This document shows, one piece after another, positions 9,083-20,063 of a DNA stretch of 22,785 nt. The DNA is taken from NCBI RefSeq assembly GCF_006345805.1, contig NW_021836884.1:1-22785 (forward strand), written 5' to 3'. This DNA is from Octopus sinensis (lineage: Eukaryota). A program made the position numbers and the translations under genes. Numbering within the stretch: the stretch's first letter is position 1; every line of letters starts with the position of its first letter. The notes under the pieces were generated by a model. That model searched no databases and was not told where the DNA came from. It saw only the letters and a program-made list of their open reading frames with translations.

Positions 9083-9484
9083 TCCATTTGATCTCCAGCA
9101 TGTTTCCAAAAATTTTTTTCGAAAAACCAAAAAAAGCAAAATTTCATAAAATTGAGTTGAGAACCCAGCACCATTGTAGCTGAAGGGCAATGAGTCTGCG
9201 GTGTCTCCTTCAATCACGCATCCATATACCCCATGGTGCTTGCTGTACACATAATACCTCTAATAGCATCCACTTCCTCAACAAAGCTGCCTGTCACCTG
9301 AGCATCCAGTGACTCACATTCATTTCATTTTTCCTGCAATTTATCGTCAGACCTATGCCTCAACTACCATAATTGTGTATACACACACACACACAGATTA
9401 TGTGTGTGTGTGTGTGTGTGTGGTGTGTGTGTGTTACTTCCACTTCTTCCTTGCAGATATTATTATTATTATTATTATTATTAC

Positions 9485-10470
9485 GGCAGTGAGCTGGCAG
9501 AATCGTTAGCATGCTGGGCAAAATGCTTAGCAATATCTATTTCTTCACTACCCACAAGGGGCTAAACACAGAGAGGACAAACAAGGACAGACACACAGAT
9601 TAAGTCGATTATATCGACCCCAGTGCGTAACTGGTACTTATTTAATCGACCCCGAAAGGATGAAAGGCAAAGTTGACCTCGGAAGAATTTGAACTCAGAA
9701 TGTAACGGCAGATAAAATACCTATTTCTTTACTACCCACAAGGGGCTAAACACAGAGAGGACAAACAAGGACAGACACACGGATTAAGTCGATTATATCG
9801 ACCCCAGTGCGTAACTGGTACTTATTTAATCGGGGTTGAAATTGCGGGCTTGTCAAAACTTGAAACCATTATTATTACTATTATTACTGAGGCAGTAACT
9901 CACTTAATTGTTCTCTGCATTGGACAGGAATCCTTCGCAGTGGTTTTTCCAGGCTTTACATTCCATCTTCAAAGCCTACCAAGGCCAAATTTGCCTTTGT
10001 CTGTTTACGGGTGAGTAGGCAGTAAAATAAATACCTATTTCTTTACTGCTCACAAGGGGCTACACAAGAGGGGGACAAACAAGGACAGACACACGAATTA
10101 AGTCGATTATATCGACCCCAGTGCGAAACTGGTACTTATTTAATCGGGGTTGAAATTGCGGGCCTTGTGCAAAACTTGAAACCATTATTATTACTATTAT
10201 TACTGAGGCAGTAAACTCACTTAATTGTCTCTGCATTGGACAGAATCCTTCGCAGTGTTTTTTCCAGCTCTTTACATTCCATCTTCAAAGCCTACCAAGG
10301 CCAAATTTGCCTTTCGTCTGTTTTACGGGTGAGTAGGCAGTAAAATAAATACCTATTTCTTTACTGCTCACAAGGGGCTACACACAGAGGGGACAAACAA
10401 GGACAGACAAACGGATTAAGTCGATTATATCAATACCAGTGCATAACTGGTACTTAATTTATCGACCACG
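9485..10470 (-). mobile_element. Cluster of SINE family B pieces (plus-strand head 9485-9536, then minus-strand bodies and tails)
   Basis: GAGCTGGCAGAATCGTTAGC head on plus; four minus-strand tails CTATTTCTT.ACT.C.CACAAGGGGCTA at ~9537, 9721, 10035, 10353. Confidence 0.85.
9715..10470. repeat. Tandem duplication, ~315-bp unit (2.4 copies)
   Basis: AAATACCTATTTCTTTAC at 9715, 10029 and 10347. Confidence 0.9.
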
Positions 10471-10724
10471 AGTGACATACCAAGGGTTGATGTAATCAAC
10501 TTGACCCTTTCCCTTGCAGTTGTTGGCCTCGTGCCTAAATCAGAAACTTTTTTTCTTTTCTTTGTAGAGTGATCGGTGTTGCTATTTCAATATCATGTAA
10601 TCTCTGCATGTTTGTTTTGGAGTGGTTTGGAATGAACGAACTCTTAGGATTTTTGGGTCACCGAGAGAGATCTATTTACATGGTAGCTAGACCAGATAGA
10701 AATAACAGCCAACTGTCATTTTAA

Positions 10725-10943
10725 CCCTTTAGTGTTCAGATTATTCAATCAAACATAATACCCATTGATTCCCATTGATTTGAATTAATCATGCATTATC
10801 TCATGTCTTCAAGATCTTGATGGTGTAATTACTTAATGTAGAATAACATTGTAGGGTAGGTGTGAGAGCCTGGATCTGGTCAGTTTGAACATAAAACAGA
10901 TTAGCTATTTTGGCCGGATATGGCCTGTTTAAATACTAAAGGG
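10725..10943. mobile_element. piggyBac-type MITE, family 1
   Basis: TTAA(10721-24)|CCCTTTAGTGTT ... AATACTAAAGGG|TTAA(10944-47): CCC/GGG termini, short TIR, TTAA target. Confidence 0.85.
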
Positions 10944-10989
10944 TTAAATCATACATAGTTTGCTTATATGTGTGGATGGACCAACGAGG

Positions 10990-11330
10990 GAGACCTCTGC
11001 TTGGTAGCTAGACCTGTTAGAAATAAGTTCAATCTTCCCTCAAGTCATACTGTATTGTCTTATGTATGTACATATGTTTGTATGAGCCAGCAAGGGACAC
11101 CTCTACGTAGTAGCTAGACATGTTAGAAACAACAGTCAAATCTCTAAATCACACCCTACTGTCTTGTGTGTGTGTGTGTGTGTGTGTATGGGATTGTAAG
11201 AGGTCTACATGGCAGCTAGACTTGTTAGAAGTAGCATCTAAATCTACCTCAAATCATGCCCTGCTGTCATATGTATGGAAATACCTTTGTATGTGCCAAC
11301 AAGGGAGAGAGACCCTGACCTGCTCTAGAA
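10990..11330 (+). repeat. Degenerate ~100-bp tandem modules (GTAGCTAGAC.TG.TAGAAA.A.CA)
   Basis: Module recurs near 11003, 11109 and 11212, with related copies near 1060, 10682 and 11315-11470. Confidence 0.6.
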
Positions 11331-11332
11331 AT

Positions 11333-11453
11333 CAAGGCTGTAGGGTCCGAATCGGAAGCAATTAAGGGGTAGCTGGAATCGGAATCAGTAAAATAGACCA
11401 CAATCACAGGAATCGGAATAAAAGTTTTTTTTTGTTTTGACTCCACAGCCCTG
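11333..11453. mobile_element. hAT-type MITE (121 bp)
   Basis: TIR CAAGGCTGTAGGGTC vs CAGGGCTGTGGAGTC (12/15); perfect 8-bp TSD CTAGAAAT at 11325-11332 and 11454-11461; three internal GAATCGGAA repeats. Confidence 0.8.
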
Positions 11454-11742
11454 CTAGAAATAACAACCTAATCTACATTTATTTTCTCATTGTTATTGTT
11501 TCCTTAAAGTCTTCACCACTCAAAAAAAAAAAAAAAAAACACAAAACTTTCTTAATTTCAGCCTCTCCTCTCTTGTCCCATCCCTCCCCCATCTTTTTCT
11601 CCATCCTCCATCTCTTTCCCTCCTCTTCTTTTTTACTCCCCTTCCTTGCTCCATATTTCTAATCCTAGCATGTTGTTGTTGCTGCTGCCATAAGACACCA
11701 CCACCATCACCACCATCATCATTCCTGTCCCTTCACTGTTGC

Positions 11743-11793
11743 CACCACCACCACCACCACCACCACCACCACCACCACCACCACCACCATCAT
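11743..11793. repeat. (CAC)n microsatellite
   Basis: Direct reading. Confidence 0.95.
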
Positions 11794-11968
11794 CCGCAGT
11801 GGTGGTTTATTTTGTTCAGTAATTTGGGTCAAGAAAAATGATAAGAATTAAGAATTTATCTTTAAAAAAAATCATTCATTGGCTTTCATTCTTAATACTT
11901 TTTTCTTTTCCATTCTTTGTTCAACAAAAGGAGAAAAAAAAAATTGTCTGAGATTTCCGCACTCTCAA

Positions 11969-12014
<46 letters not shown>

Positions 12015-12086
12015 TCAATCTCTGCTCTCACTCTAACTCTCTTCTATTTTTTCCTCTCTGAACATGAGTGTCTGCATGCATACATG

Positions 12087-12131
<45 letters not shown>

Positions 12132-12314
12132 AAGAAAGAGTGTATATGCATTTGAGAGAAAGTGAGAGAAAAAGAGATTGGATGCACGTGTGTACTTGGC
12201 AGAGACTATATGTGTGTGTGTGTGTGTGTATAAGAATGTATCTCTCTTTGTGAGATTGTGTATGTGTGAGTGAGAAAGTAGGTCTGTGTGTCTGAGAAAG
12301 TGTGTGTGTGTGTG

Positions 12315-12350
<36 letters not shown>

Positions 12351-12600
12351 ACTATGTCAGTGTGTCTGAGAGTGTGTGTGTGTTTGAGAGAGAGAGAAAG
12401 AGAGAGTGAGAGAGAGAGAGAGGAGAGAGTAACTATGTCAGTGTGTCTGAGAGTGTGTGTGTGTTTGAGAGAGAGAGAGAGAGAGTAATTATGTCAGTGT
12501 GTCTGAGAGAAAGAGAGAGAGTATGTATGTGTGTGTGTTTATATGAGAGCATGTCTCCATATGAAAGATAATTAGTGTGTGAGAGAGAGAGAGAGCGAGC
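11969..12600. repeat. Compound (CA)n, (TG)n, (GA)n region with a short higher-order unit GTAACTATGTCAGTGTGTCTGAGA
   Basis: Direct reading. The unit recurs at about 12348, 12429 and 12485. Confidence 0.9.
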
Positions 12601-12962
12601 AATGAATATTTTGAATTAATGAATGTCATACATTGGTCCAATTAAAATATTTAATCATCGAAGATGCTTCCACATTTTTCACAAAGATTATGAACGACAA
12701 CAACAACTACAGCAACAACTAACAATCGAAGGAGTTGAATATGTCTTGTGAATTTGCAACATTCATTTAAAAACTGACATTTAACAAAAAAAAGAAAGAA
12801 AAGAAAAGAAAAGAAATGAAAAAAACAAAGAAAATTTTGCATCCTTTTCTTCTCGCACTCTTCCCTCCCATACATCATGTATCCATCCAACATTTGTATT
12901 TAACGAGTTCTTCATGAAAGAGAGAGAGAGAGAGAGAGAGAGCTTCTATGTCGGACATTCTC

Positions 12963-13172
12963 TTTTTTTACTCTCTTTTACTTGTTTCAGTCATTTGACT
13001 GCGGCCATGCTGGAGCACCGCCTTTTTTAATCGAGCAACTCGACCCCGGGACTTATTCTTTTTTTTTTTTGTAAGCCCAGTACTTATTCTATCGGTCTCT
13101 TTTTGCCGAACCACTAAGTGACGGGGACGTAAACACACCAGCATCGGTTGTCAAGCAATGCTAGGGGGACAA

Positions 13173-13203
<31 letters not shown>

Positions 13204-13367
13204 CGATGGGCTTCTTTCAGTTTCTGTCTACCAAATCCACTCAGAAGGCTTTGGTCAGCCCGAGGCTATAGTAGAAGACCTTTGCCCAAGGTGCCACGCA
13301 GTGGGACTGAACCCGGAACCATGTGGTTGGTAAACAAGCTACTTACCACACAGCCACTCCTATGCCT
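12963..13367 (-). mobile_element. SINE family A, full length
   Basis: Reverse complement of 6277-6683-type sequence, from CTTTTACTTGTTTCAGTC to CAGCCACTCCTATGCC. Confidence 0.92.
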
Positions 13368-13370
13368 ATT

Positions 13371-13548
13371 TATATACATATATACGACGGGCTTCTTTCA
13401 GTTTCCGTCTGCCAAATCCACTCACAAGGCTTTGGTCGGCCTGAGGCTATAGTAGAAGACCTTTGCCCAAGGTGCCATGCAGTAGGATTGAACCCAGAAC
13501 CATGTGGTTGGTAAACAAGCTACTTACCACACAGCCACTCCTACGCCT
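13371..13548 (-). mobile_element. Tandemly duplicated family A head (period 181 bp)
   Basis: Shares private variants GACCTTTGCCC and GGTAAACAAGC with 13190-13367 that other copies lack. Confidence 0.88.
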
Positions 13549-13643
13549 ATTGCATATATTTTATAATGACATTGAAAAGTGAGCATGATAAGCTGGATCT
13601 CACCACTAGAGCATAACACTTAGCATATTTAGGCCAGATATAC

Positions 13644-14059
13644 TCTCTCTTTTACTCTTTTCAGTCATTTTGATTGTGGCCATGCTGGAGCACCGCCTTT
13701 TAGTTGAGCAAATCGCCCCCCAGGACTTATTCTTTGTAAGCCTAGTACTTATTCTATCGGTCTATCTTGCCGAACCGCTTAGTAACGGGGACGTAAACAT
13801 ACCAGCATCGGTTGTCAAGCGATGTTGGGGGGACAAACACAGACACACAAACACACACATATATACATATACACATATATATATATATATATATATGACG
13901 GGCTTCTTTCAGTTTCCGTCTACCAAATACACTCACAAGGCTTTGGTCGGCCTGAGGTTATAGTAGAAGACACTCGCCCAAGGTGCCACGCAGTGGGACT
14001 GAACCCGGAACCATGTGGTTGGTAAGCAAGCTACTTACCACGCAGCCACTCCCGCACCT
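13644..14059 (-). mobile_element. SINE family A, full length
   Basis: Same head, internal (CA)/(TA) repeat and tail as the other copies. Confidence 0.92.
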
Positions 14060-14984
14060 ATGGACAAATTAAAAGCCAAAAGATTAAACGATGAGTATGA
14101 GCGTAATTTGAGGGAACTTGGCTGCTATATTTAGCTGGTTTAGCGACCGTGTAGTAGTGTCAATGTTAGTTTGAAATATTCATGTACCTCAGTGTGCTTG
14201 GTGGTGGAATCATTTGCTGCCTAGGGTTTGCTTATTTTCTTGCTCTCAAGAGAAAGTCTAGCTTTTGCAACAGTGTTTTTGTAACACATATATATATACT
14301 TATATAATATATATTATATATATATATATAATATATATAACGGCACAGTCTCAAAGAGGTGGGGAAAAATATGTTGCCATGTGTTAGCTGAAATGAAAGC
14401 TCCTGTTGTGCAACTGCCTCCATTGACCCCCCCCCCCCCCAAACAAAAAAACAACAACCCAGTAAAGAAATTGAGAGAGAGAGAGAGAGGAGAGTGAAAT
14501 GTTGATGTATGAATTATAGAAGTGATGCTTTGATATTCGTATCATTTTAACATATTTGAATGCAATTTTATCCTTATTTCTCTGCCTGCAAGTTTCGACA
14601 GGATTTTCACATATTTTTCTTATGAAATACGAGATTTTCTTGTTCTACTTTTTTCTTTGCTTCAAGTATGTGATCAATATTGGAGGTTTAGTCACATTTC
14701 AGTAATATTCCAATGCCATCTGGTGAATTTTTCTTTCTTTCTATCCCCACCCCCCGTTCCCATCCCACATTTCAAGATGTAGCAGACCTGCCTTACTGTC
14801 GTTGCCTGAAGTTTTTATTTATTTATTTATTTTACTTAACGAGGGTCTCTCAACCCTCAATTAGTTTTGTCGTCTGTGGATGGTTTTTTTTAAGGAATAT
14901 TAAATCCACTTCAGTACTTGACTAGCACTTTATTTTGTTGACCCCAGAAGGTTGAAACAGTCTCACTGCTTGCATCATTATTAA

Positions 14985-15126
14985 CCCTTTTGGTACCTAC
15001 CCAGCTGAAACCACCTCTGTGTCTGTAGTACAAAATCCCTTGTCAAAAGTTCTGAATTAAAAATCTTCCACCAAACCTTAGTCACAATTTATGTTCCAAA
15101 AACAAGCTTAATGATAACAAAGTTAT
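14985..15126. mobile_element. piggyBac-type MITE, family 2, interrupted by a SINE
   Basis: TTAA|CCCTTT start; TCTTCCACCAAACCTTAGTCACAATTTATGTTCC is the reverse complement of 18125-18158. Confidence 0.8.
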
Positions 15127-15130
15127 CATA

Positions 15131-15543
15131 GGCGCAGGAGTGGCTGTGTGGTAAGTAGCTTGCTAACCAACCACATGGTTCCGGGTTCAGTCCCACTGCG
15201 TGACATCTTGGGCAAGTGTCTTCTGCTATAGCCTCGGGCCGACCAAAGCCTTGTGAATGGATTTGGTAGACGGAAACTGAAAGAAGCCCGTTGTATATAT
15301 GTATATATATATATATATATGCGTGTGTGTGTTTGTGTGTCTGTGTTTGTCCCCCTAGCATTGCTTGACAACCGATGCTGGTGTGTTTATGTCCCCGTTA
15401 CTTAGCGGTTTGGCAAAAGAGACCAATAGAATAAGTACTAGGCTTACAAAAGAATAAGTCCCGGGGTCGAGTTGCTCGATTAAAGGCGGTGCTCCAGCAT
15501 GGTCGCAGTCAAATGACTTGAAACAAGTAAAAGAGTAAAGAGT
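15131..15543 (+). mobile_element. SINE family A, full length, with TSD
   Basis: Full head and tail; AAAGTTAT duplicated at 15119-15126 and 15544-15551. Confidence 0.92.
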
Positions 15544-15556
15544 AAAGTTATTTTAC

Positions 15557-15624
15557 GGGACTGAACCCGGAACCATGTGGTTGGTAAGCAAGCAACTTAC
15601 CACTCAGCCACTCCTACGCCTATA
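15557..15624 (-). mobile_element. SINE family A head fragment
   Basis: GGGACTGAACCCGGAACCATGTGGTTGGTAAGCAAGC...CAGCCACTCCTACGCC. Confidence 0.85.
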
Positions 15625-16489
15625 TACCGATTTTTCTTGTCCATAATGATATAAACACACACACACACACGTACACACACACACACAGTTCTGTACAGTT
15701 TCCACGTATCAGATTTCACTCACAAAATATTGGTTAATATCAAGGCTTTAGAAAAAAAAAATGACACTTGCTCATAGTGTTGCATAGTGGATTAGATCCT
15801 GGAATCGACAGACACAACTGCAAAACAAAACCTCTTAATTTCACCTCACAGCTATGCTTGTACCCTGTGAATTATTATCCGAGAAACTTTTTTTTTTTTG
15901 TTTTTTTTTTATTTTTGGTTCATGTTGGCATTTTAAAGCAGTTTGAAAAATTATGTTGGCAGCGTTCCTGAGAATATACTGTTGTTCTTCTCTACCTCTG
16001 CTCTTTTCTGCGGGGGAGGGAAGAGGTGACGGTAGTGAGTGTGTGTGGTTGTGTGTGTGGGGGGGGGGGAGAAAGAGGTGGGGCGGGGCTGGGATTATCA
16101 AGAGGCATTTTTTGAAAGATTTAAAATGTCAACATTGTGAGTGTGTGTGTGTTGTGTGTGTGTGTGTGTGTGTGCATGCATGTGTATATTTATTATATGT
16201 ATATATTTATATACGTGACATCTGTTTAAAATATTTTTTCTGGTCTCAAAGAAAGCAAGCGAGCAAGCTTTTTCCCTCTGAAAAACTGGGATAGCTTGTA
16301 CGGGAAGACAAAGATTTTCCATATTGTTGCCACTGTGTAGCTTCACAGCTCAGCTGTTATGGAGCAGACCTTTTGCCCTGCCAAATACCACTGCATTCTG
16401 TGACTATTCCTGTTTTTTGTTGTCTGTCCCTAGTATAATGTGTTTCTCAATTCTATACCCAACTCAGTAGAGGGGGGGTCTTGTCTTGG

Positions 16490-17113
16490 TGACTTTCACT
16501 AGTGCTGGTGTCATAAAGAAAAGCAAAAAGCACCTAGTAGGCGTAGGGGTGGCTGTGTGGTAAGTAGCCTGCTTACCAACCACATGGTTCCGGGTTCAGT
16601 CCCACTGCGTGTTACCTTGGGCAAGTGTCTTCTACTATAGCATCGGGCTGACCAAAGCCTTGTGAGTGGATTTGGTAGACGGAAACTGAAAGAAGCCCAT
16701 TGCATATGTGTGTGTGTGTATGTTTGTGAGTCTGTGTTTGTCCCCCTAACATCGCTTGACAACCGATGCTGGTGTGTTTACGTTCCCGTAACTTAGCGGT
16801 TTGGCAAAAGAGACCGATAGAATAAGTACTAGGCTTACAAAGAATAAGTCCCGGGGTCGATTTGCTTGACTAAAGGCGGTGCTCCAGCATGGCCACAGTC
16901 ATATGACCATATCTGAAACAAGTAAAAGAGAGAGAGAGAGAGTACACTCTGTGAAGTGATTGGCATTGTGAAGGGCATCCAGCTGTGTGGAAATCATGCC
17001 AAAACAGAGACTGGAGCATGGTGCTGCCCTCTGGCTCATCACTTCATGTCAAACCATCCAGTCCTTGCAAGTGTGGAAATAGGGACGCTCAATGATGATG
17101 ATGGTAATGATGA
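16490..17113 (+). mobile_element. Older SINE family C split by a family A insertion
   Basis: AAAAAGCACCTAGTA | insertion | CACTC...GAAGGGCATCCAGCTG...ATGATGATG is collinear with the uninterrupted 20128-20303. Confidence 0.75.
16540..16940 (+). mobile_element. SINE family A, full length, nested
   Basis: Full head and tail ending in (GA)n; AGTA at 16536-39 and 16941-44 is a probable short TSD. Confidence 0.92.
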
Positions 17114-17502
17114 CCATGAGGGTTTCTTAATCAAGGCTTGACAGAATCGAACAAAGATAAATTTCACAAAACTGTGTTTAACCCTTTAACATTCAGATAA
17201 CAGTAGTTATAGCCTCAAATTTTGGCAGACGGCTAGTAATTTTTTTGTGTATGTGGTGGTGTCAGTTGATTACATTGAGCCTTATGGTCAAATGGTAATT
17301 TTATTGACTGCTAAAGGTACAAAGTCAGTCGGTCTTGACAGAATCTGAATTTGGAAGAAATATCATTAAGCGTTTTATTTTTGTCCTGTATGCTAATGGT
17401 TGTGCGAGATCGTTTCCATAATTCTTTTGTCTGTGAGCAAAAGGACTGAAGTTTTTTTGGGTGAGGATGCCTGTTGATTATATTCGACCCAAGGGCGAGC
17501 AA

Positions 17503-17917
17503 GGCGGCGAGCTGGCAGACATGTTAGCGCGCCGGGCAAAACGCTTAGCGGTATTTCGTCTGTCATTACGTTCCGAGTTCAAATTCCGCCGAGGTCAACT
17601 TTGCCTTTCATCCTTTCGGGGTCGATTAAATAAGTACCAGTTACGCACTGGGGTCGATGTAATCGACTTAATCCGTTTGTCTGTCCTTGTTTGTCCTCTC
17701 TGTATTTAGCCCCTTGTGGGTAGTAAAGAAATAGGTAATTTGTCTGTCATTACATTCTGAGTTCAAATTCTGCCGAGGTCAACTTTGCCTTTCATCCTTT
17801 CGGGGTCGATAAATAAAGTACCAGTTTCGCACTGGGGGCGATTTAATCGACTCAATCCCTTCGTCTGTCCTTGTTTGTCCCCTCTATGTTTAGCCCCTTC
17901 TGGGCAGTAAAGAAATA
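17503..17917 (+). mobile_element. SINE family B head-to-tail dimer (full 17503-17733, partial 17734-17917)
   Basis: GGCGGCGAGCTGGCAG head, GAGTTCAAATTCC B-box, tail AAAGAAATA joined to GGTAATTTGTCTGTC, which restarts the body. Confidence 0.9.
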
Positions 17918-18016
17918 TACTTAGAGAATTATGCTCAAATGGTAATTTTATTGACTGTTAAAGGTACAAAGTCAGTCGGCCTTGACAGAATCTGAATTCG
18001 GAAGAAATATCATTAA

Positions 18017-18236
18017 CCCTTTCATTACTGTATTTATTTTGAAATGCTCTCTGTTTCTTTTAATTACTTTAAATATAACAAAGAATTTAGTAAAATTACT
18101 TGGTTATCATTCAGCTAGTGTTAGGAACATAAATTGTGACTAAGGTTTGGTGGAAGATTTTAATTCAAAACTTATGAAAACAAGACATTTATACTCAGAG
18201 CCCGGACCGGTTTCAGCTGGGTTGGTAATGAAAGGT
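18017..18236. mobile_element. piggyBac-type MITE, family 2, complete
   Basis: TTAA|CCCTTTCATTAC ... GTAATGAAAGGT|TTAA; the paralogous empty site ATCATTAAGC lies at about 17362-17371. Confidence 0.92.
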
Positions 18237-19185
18237 TTAAGCATTTCATTTTTGTCCTGTTTGCTAATGGTTGTGCGAGATCGCTTCCATAATTCTTTTG
18301 TCTGTGAGCAAAAGGACTGAAGTTTTTTGGGGTGAGGATGCTTGTTGATTATATTCGACCCAAGGGCTTGTGATTGGTACTTTATTTTACCAGTTCCAAA
18401 AGAAGTACGAAAAGCGTCAAAGTTGGTCTTGGCGGGATTTGAACCGTCAATAATGTGAAAAGCCAGAAGAAATGCCATTTTGCATTTTGATGGACATTCT
18501 AACGATTCTACCTGTTCACGGGGCACTCGAAAGATATGGAGGAAAAGTATGAGATCACGAGTAACAAAGAAGATACATTCGTAGATAGATAACACTAAAC
18601 AACAATAGCTATGTAGAACACCATGAATAGTAGCAGCAGTAGTAGTAGTAATAATAATAATAGTAGTAGTAATAATAACAATAATAATAATAATGTGTGA
18701 AACCAGATAACATTGTTAATGAACACTACAACGTAAGGGGATAAATTTTTAACCTAAATGTCAAAATATTCTATATTTGCCTACTGTGCACTTAGTGTTA
18801 TTTCGAATACTGATGTCTAGGAATATAGATCTAAAATAACACATTTGTGGGGGGTAGGATCAGGGTGGAATTAGGTAGGAAAATTATTCATTTTTCTGTT
18901 GTTTATTTATTTATTTATTTATTTATGAATCTTTTCTGGGTTTTTCTTTTTGAAAAAAAAAAAAAAAGAAATTATTGTTATAAATTTGTCGTAACCTTTC
19001 AGAAGAACAAGACCAGGGGGGGGGATGGGCGGTGGGGGGATAAAAATAAAATGAAAATTGCAAAGTCGGTTGGTTTCAAATTTGAACAATGAAACTTCTT
19101 TCCTCATTTTATCACTTTTTTTTGTTCCGTTTCCTCATCATCCCTCTTAGATTTCTTTCCGTATTCATCTTTTGTTTATTTGTAA

Positions 19186-19688
19186 CTAGCAGTATCGCCT
19201 GGCGTTGCTTGGGTTTGTAAGGGAAATAACTATATAAGCATTTTTAGAGAGTTTACTTCCTTATAGATGCCAATTCGGGCTTTCTAGCCATTTCTGTTTT
19301 GGTGTCTTCAAGCCATGAATCGTTGTTCTAAAAGAACGCTGGTCTCCTTGACAACGCTTTACGACGTTGATTTCCTTACACTCCCTTCCCCACAGCTTCA
19401 CAAGGGAGGGAGGAAGAAGGGGGAGAAGCAAACAGGTGCAGGTGTGACCATGGACGCCACCTCCGCCGCCATCGACACACGAAAAATTATGCATTAAAAT
19501 GGAATAAAAAATGATGTTAAATTATTTTTAAAATCGTAGATGCGCGCTAATACCCAGAAGGGCTCGATATGAATCACGACTATAAGATACCCGAATTTGG
19601 TTAAACTGCACCGCAAAATGTGGGAGTAGTTAGGAATCTAAATCGAAGGGGACAGACACTCACACAACTACAGTTTTATATATATAGA
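19186..19688 (-). mobile_element. Non-autonomous Helitron (~503 bp)
   Basis: Minus strand begins A|TCTATATATATAAAA and ends CCCAAGCAACGCCAGGCGATACTGCTAG|T: 5'-TC and 3'-CTAG termini, AT target with no TSD, and a weakened GC-rich subterminal hairpin. Confidence 0.75.
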
Positions 19689-19904
19689 TGTATTGAGGAG
19701 TTGTGCTAGCATGGCTATGTGGTGTAGAAGCTTTTGAGTGCCACTTTAGTGTGCAATCTACCTGGCCATTTACACTTTAGAGTGCAGTGTAACTCTAATC
19801 CTAAATCCTTAACTTCTAACCCTAATCCTAACATTGGACCAGGTCATAGCTTAGACCAGTGGTTCTCATATGACCCTTGGGGAGTGCATATGAGATTTTG
19901 TTTT

Positions 19905-20062
19905 ATATATATATATGTATATATGTGTGTGTGTGTATATATGTATATATGTGTGTGTGTGTGTGTGTATATATATGTATATATGTGTGTGTGTGTGTGT
20001 ATATATATATATGTATATATGTGTGTGTGTGTGTTTGTATATATATATGTATATATGTGTGT
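19905..20062. repeat. Compound (TA)n/(TG)n minisatellite
   Basis: Repeated TATATATGTATATATGTGTGTG units; a similar tract lies at 20304-20470. Confidence 0.95.
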
Positions 20063-20063
20063 A

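Larger units (their letters stand above)
17282..18367. repeat. 215-bp direct repeats (17282-17496 and 17929-18367, the latter containing a MITE) flanking a SINE B dimer
   Basis: Both copies run TTATG.TCAAATGGTAATTTTATTGAC...GATTATATTCGACCCAAGGGC; 439 minus 224 (MITE plus one TTAA) equals 215. Confidence 0.92.

Noticed and set aside
12623-12751. 42-aa ORF MSYIG...ERQQQLQQQLTIEGVEYVL
   Set aside because: Short, the Q-run comes from a (CAA)n tract, and there is no recognisable domain or clear splice signals.
13148-14025. Recurrent peptide YDGLLSVSVYQIHSQGFGRPEAIVEDTCPRCHAVGLNPEPCGW (also at 6140, 15089, 21999) suggesting a gene family
   Set aside because: It is the antisense translation of the family A SINE head; starts and stops are not conserved and it abuts microsatellites.
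16010-16095. G-quadruplex-like G-runs (also near 8763 and 19016)
   Set aside because: Low-complexity runs with nothing tying them to a function.
19793-19832. Telomere-like CCCTAA repeats
   Set aside because: Only one exact unit among degenerate (C/T)CTAA copies.
19857-19900. CAGTGGTTCTCA hAT-like terminus (similar GGTTGAACCACTG at 4518-4530)
   Set aside because: No partner TIR or TSD found nearby; unpaired fragments only.
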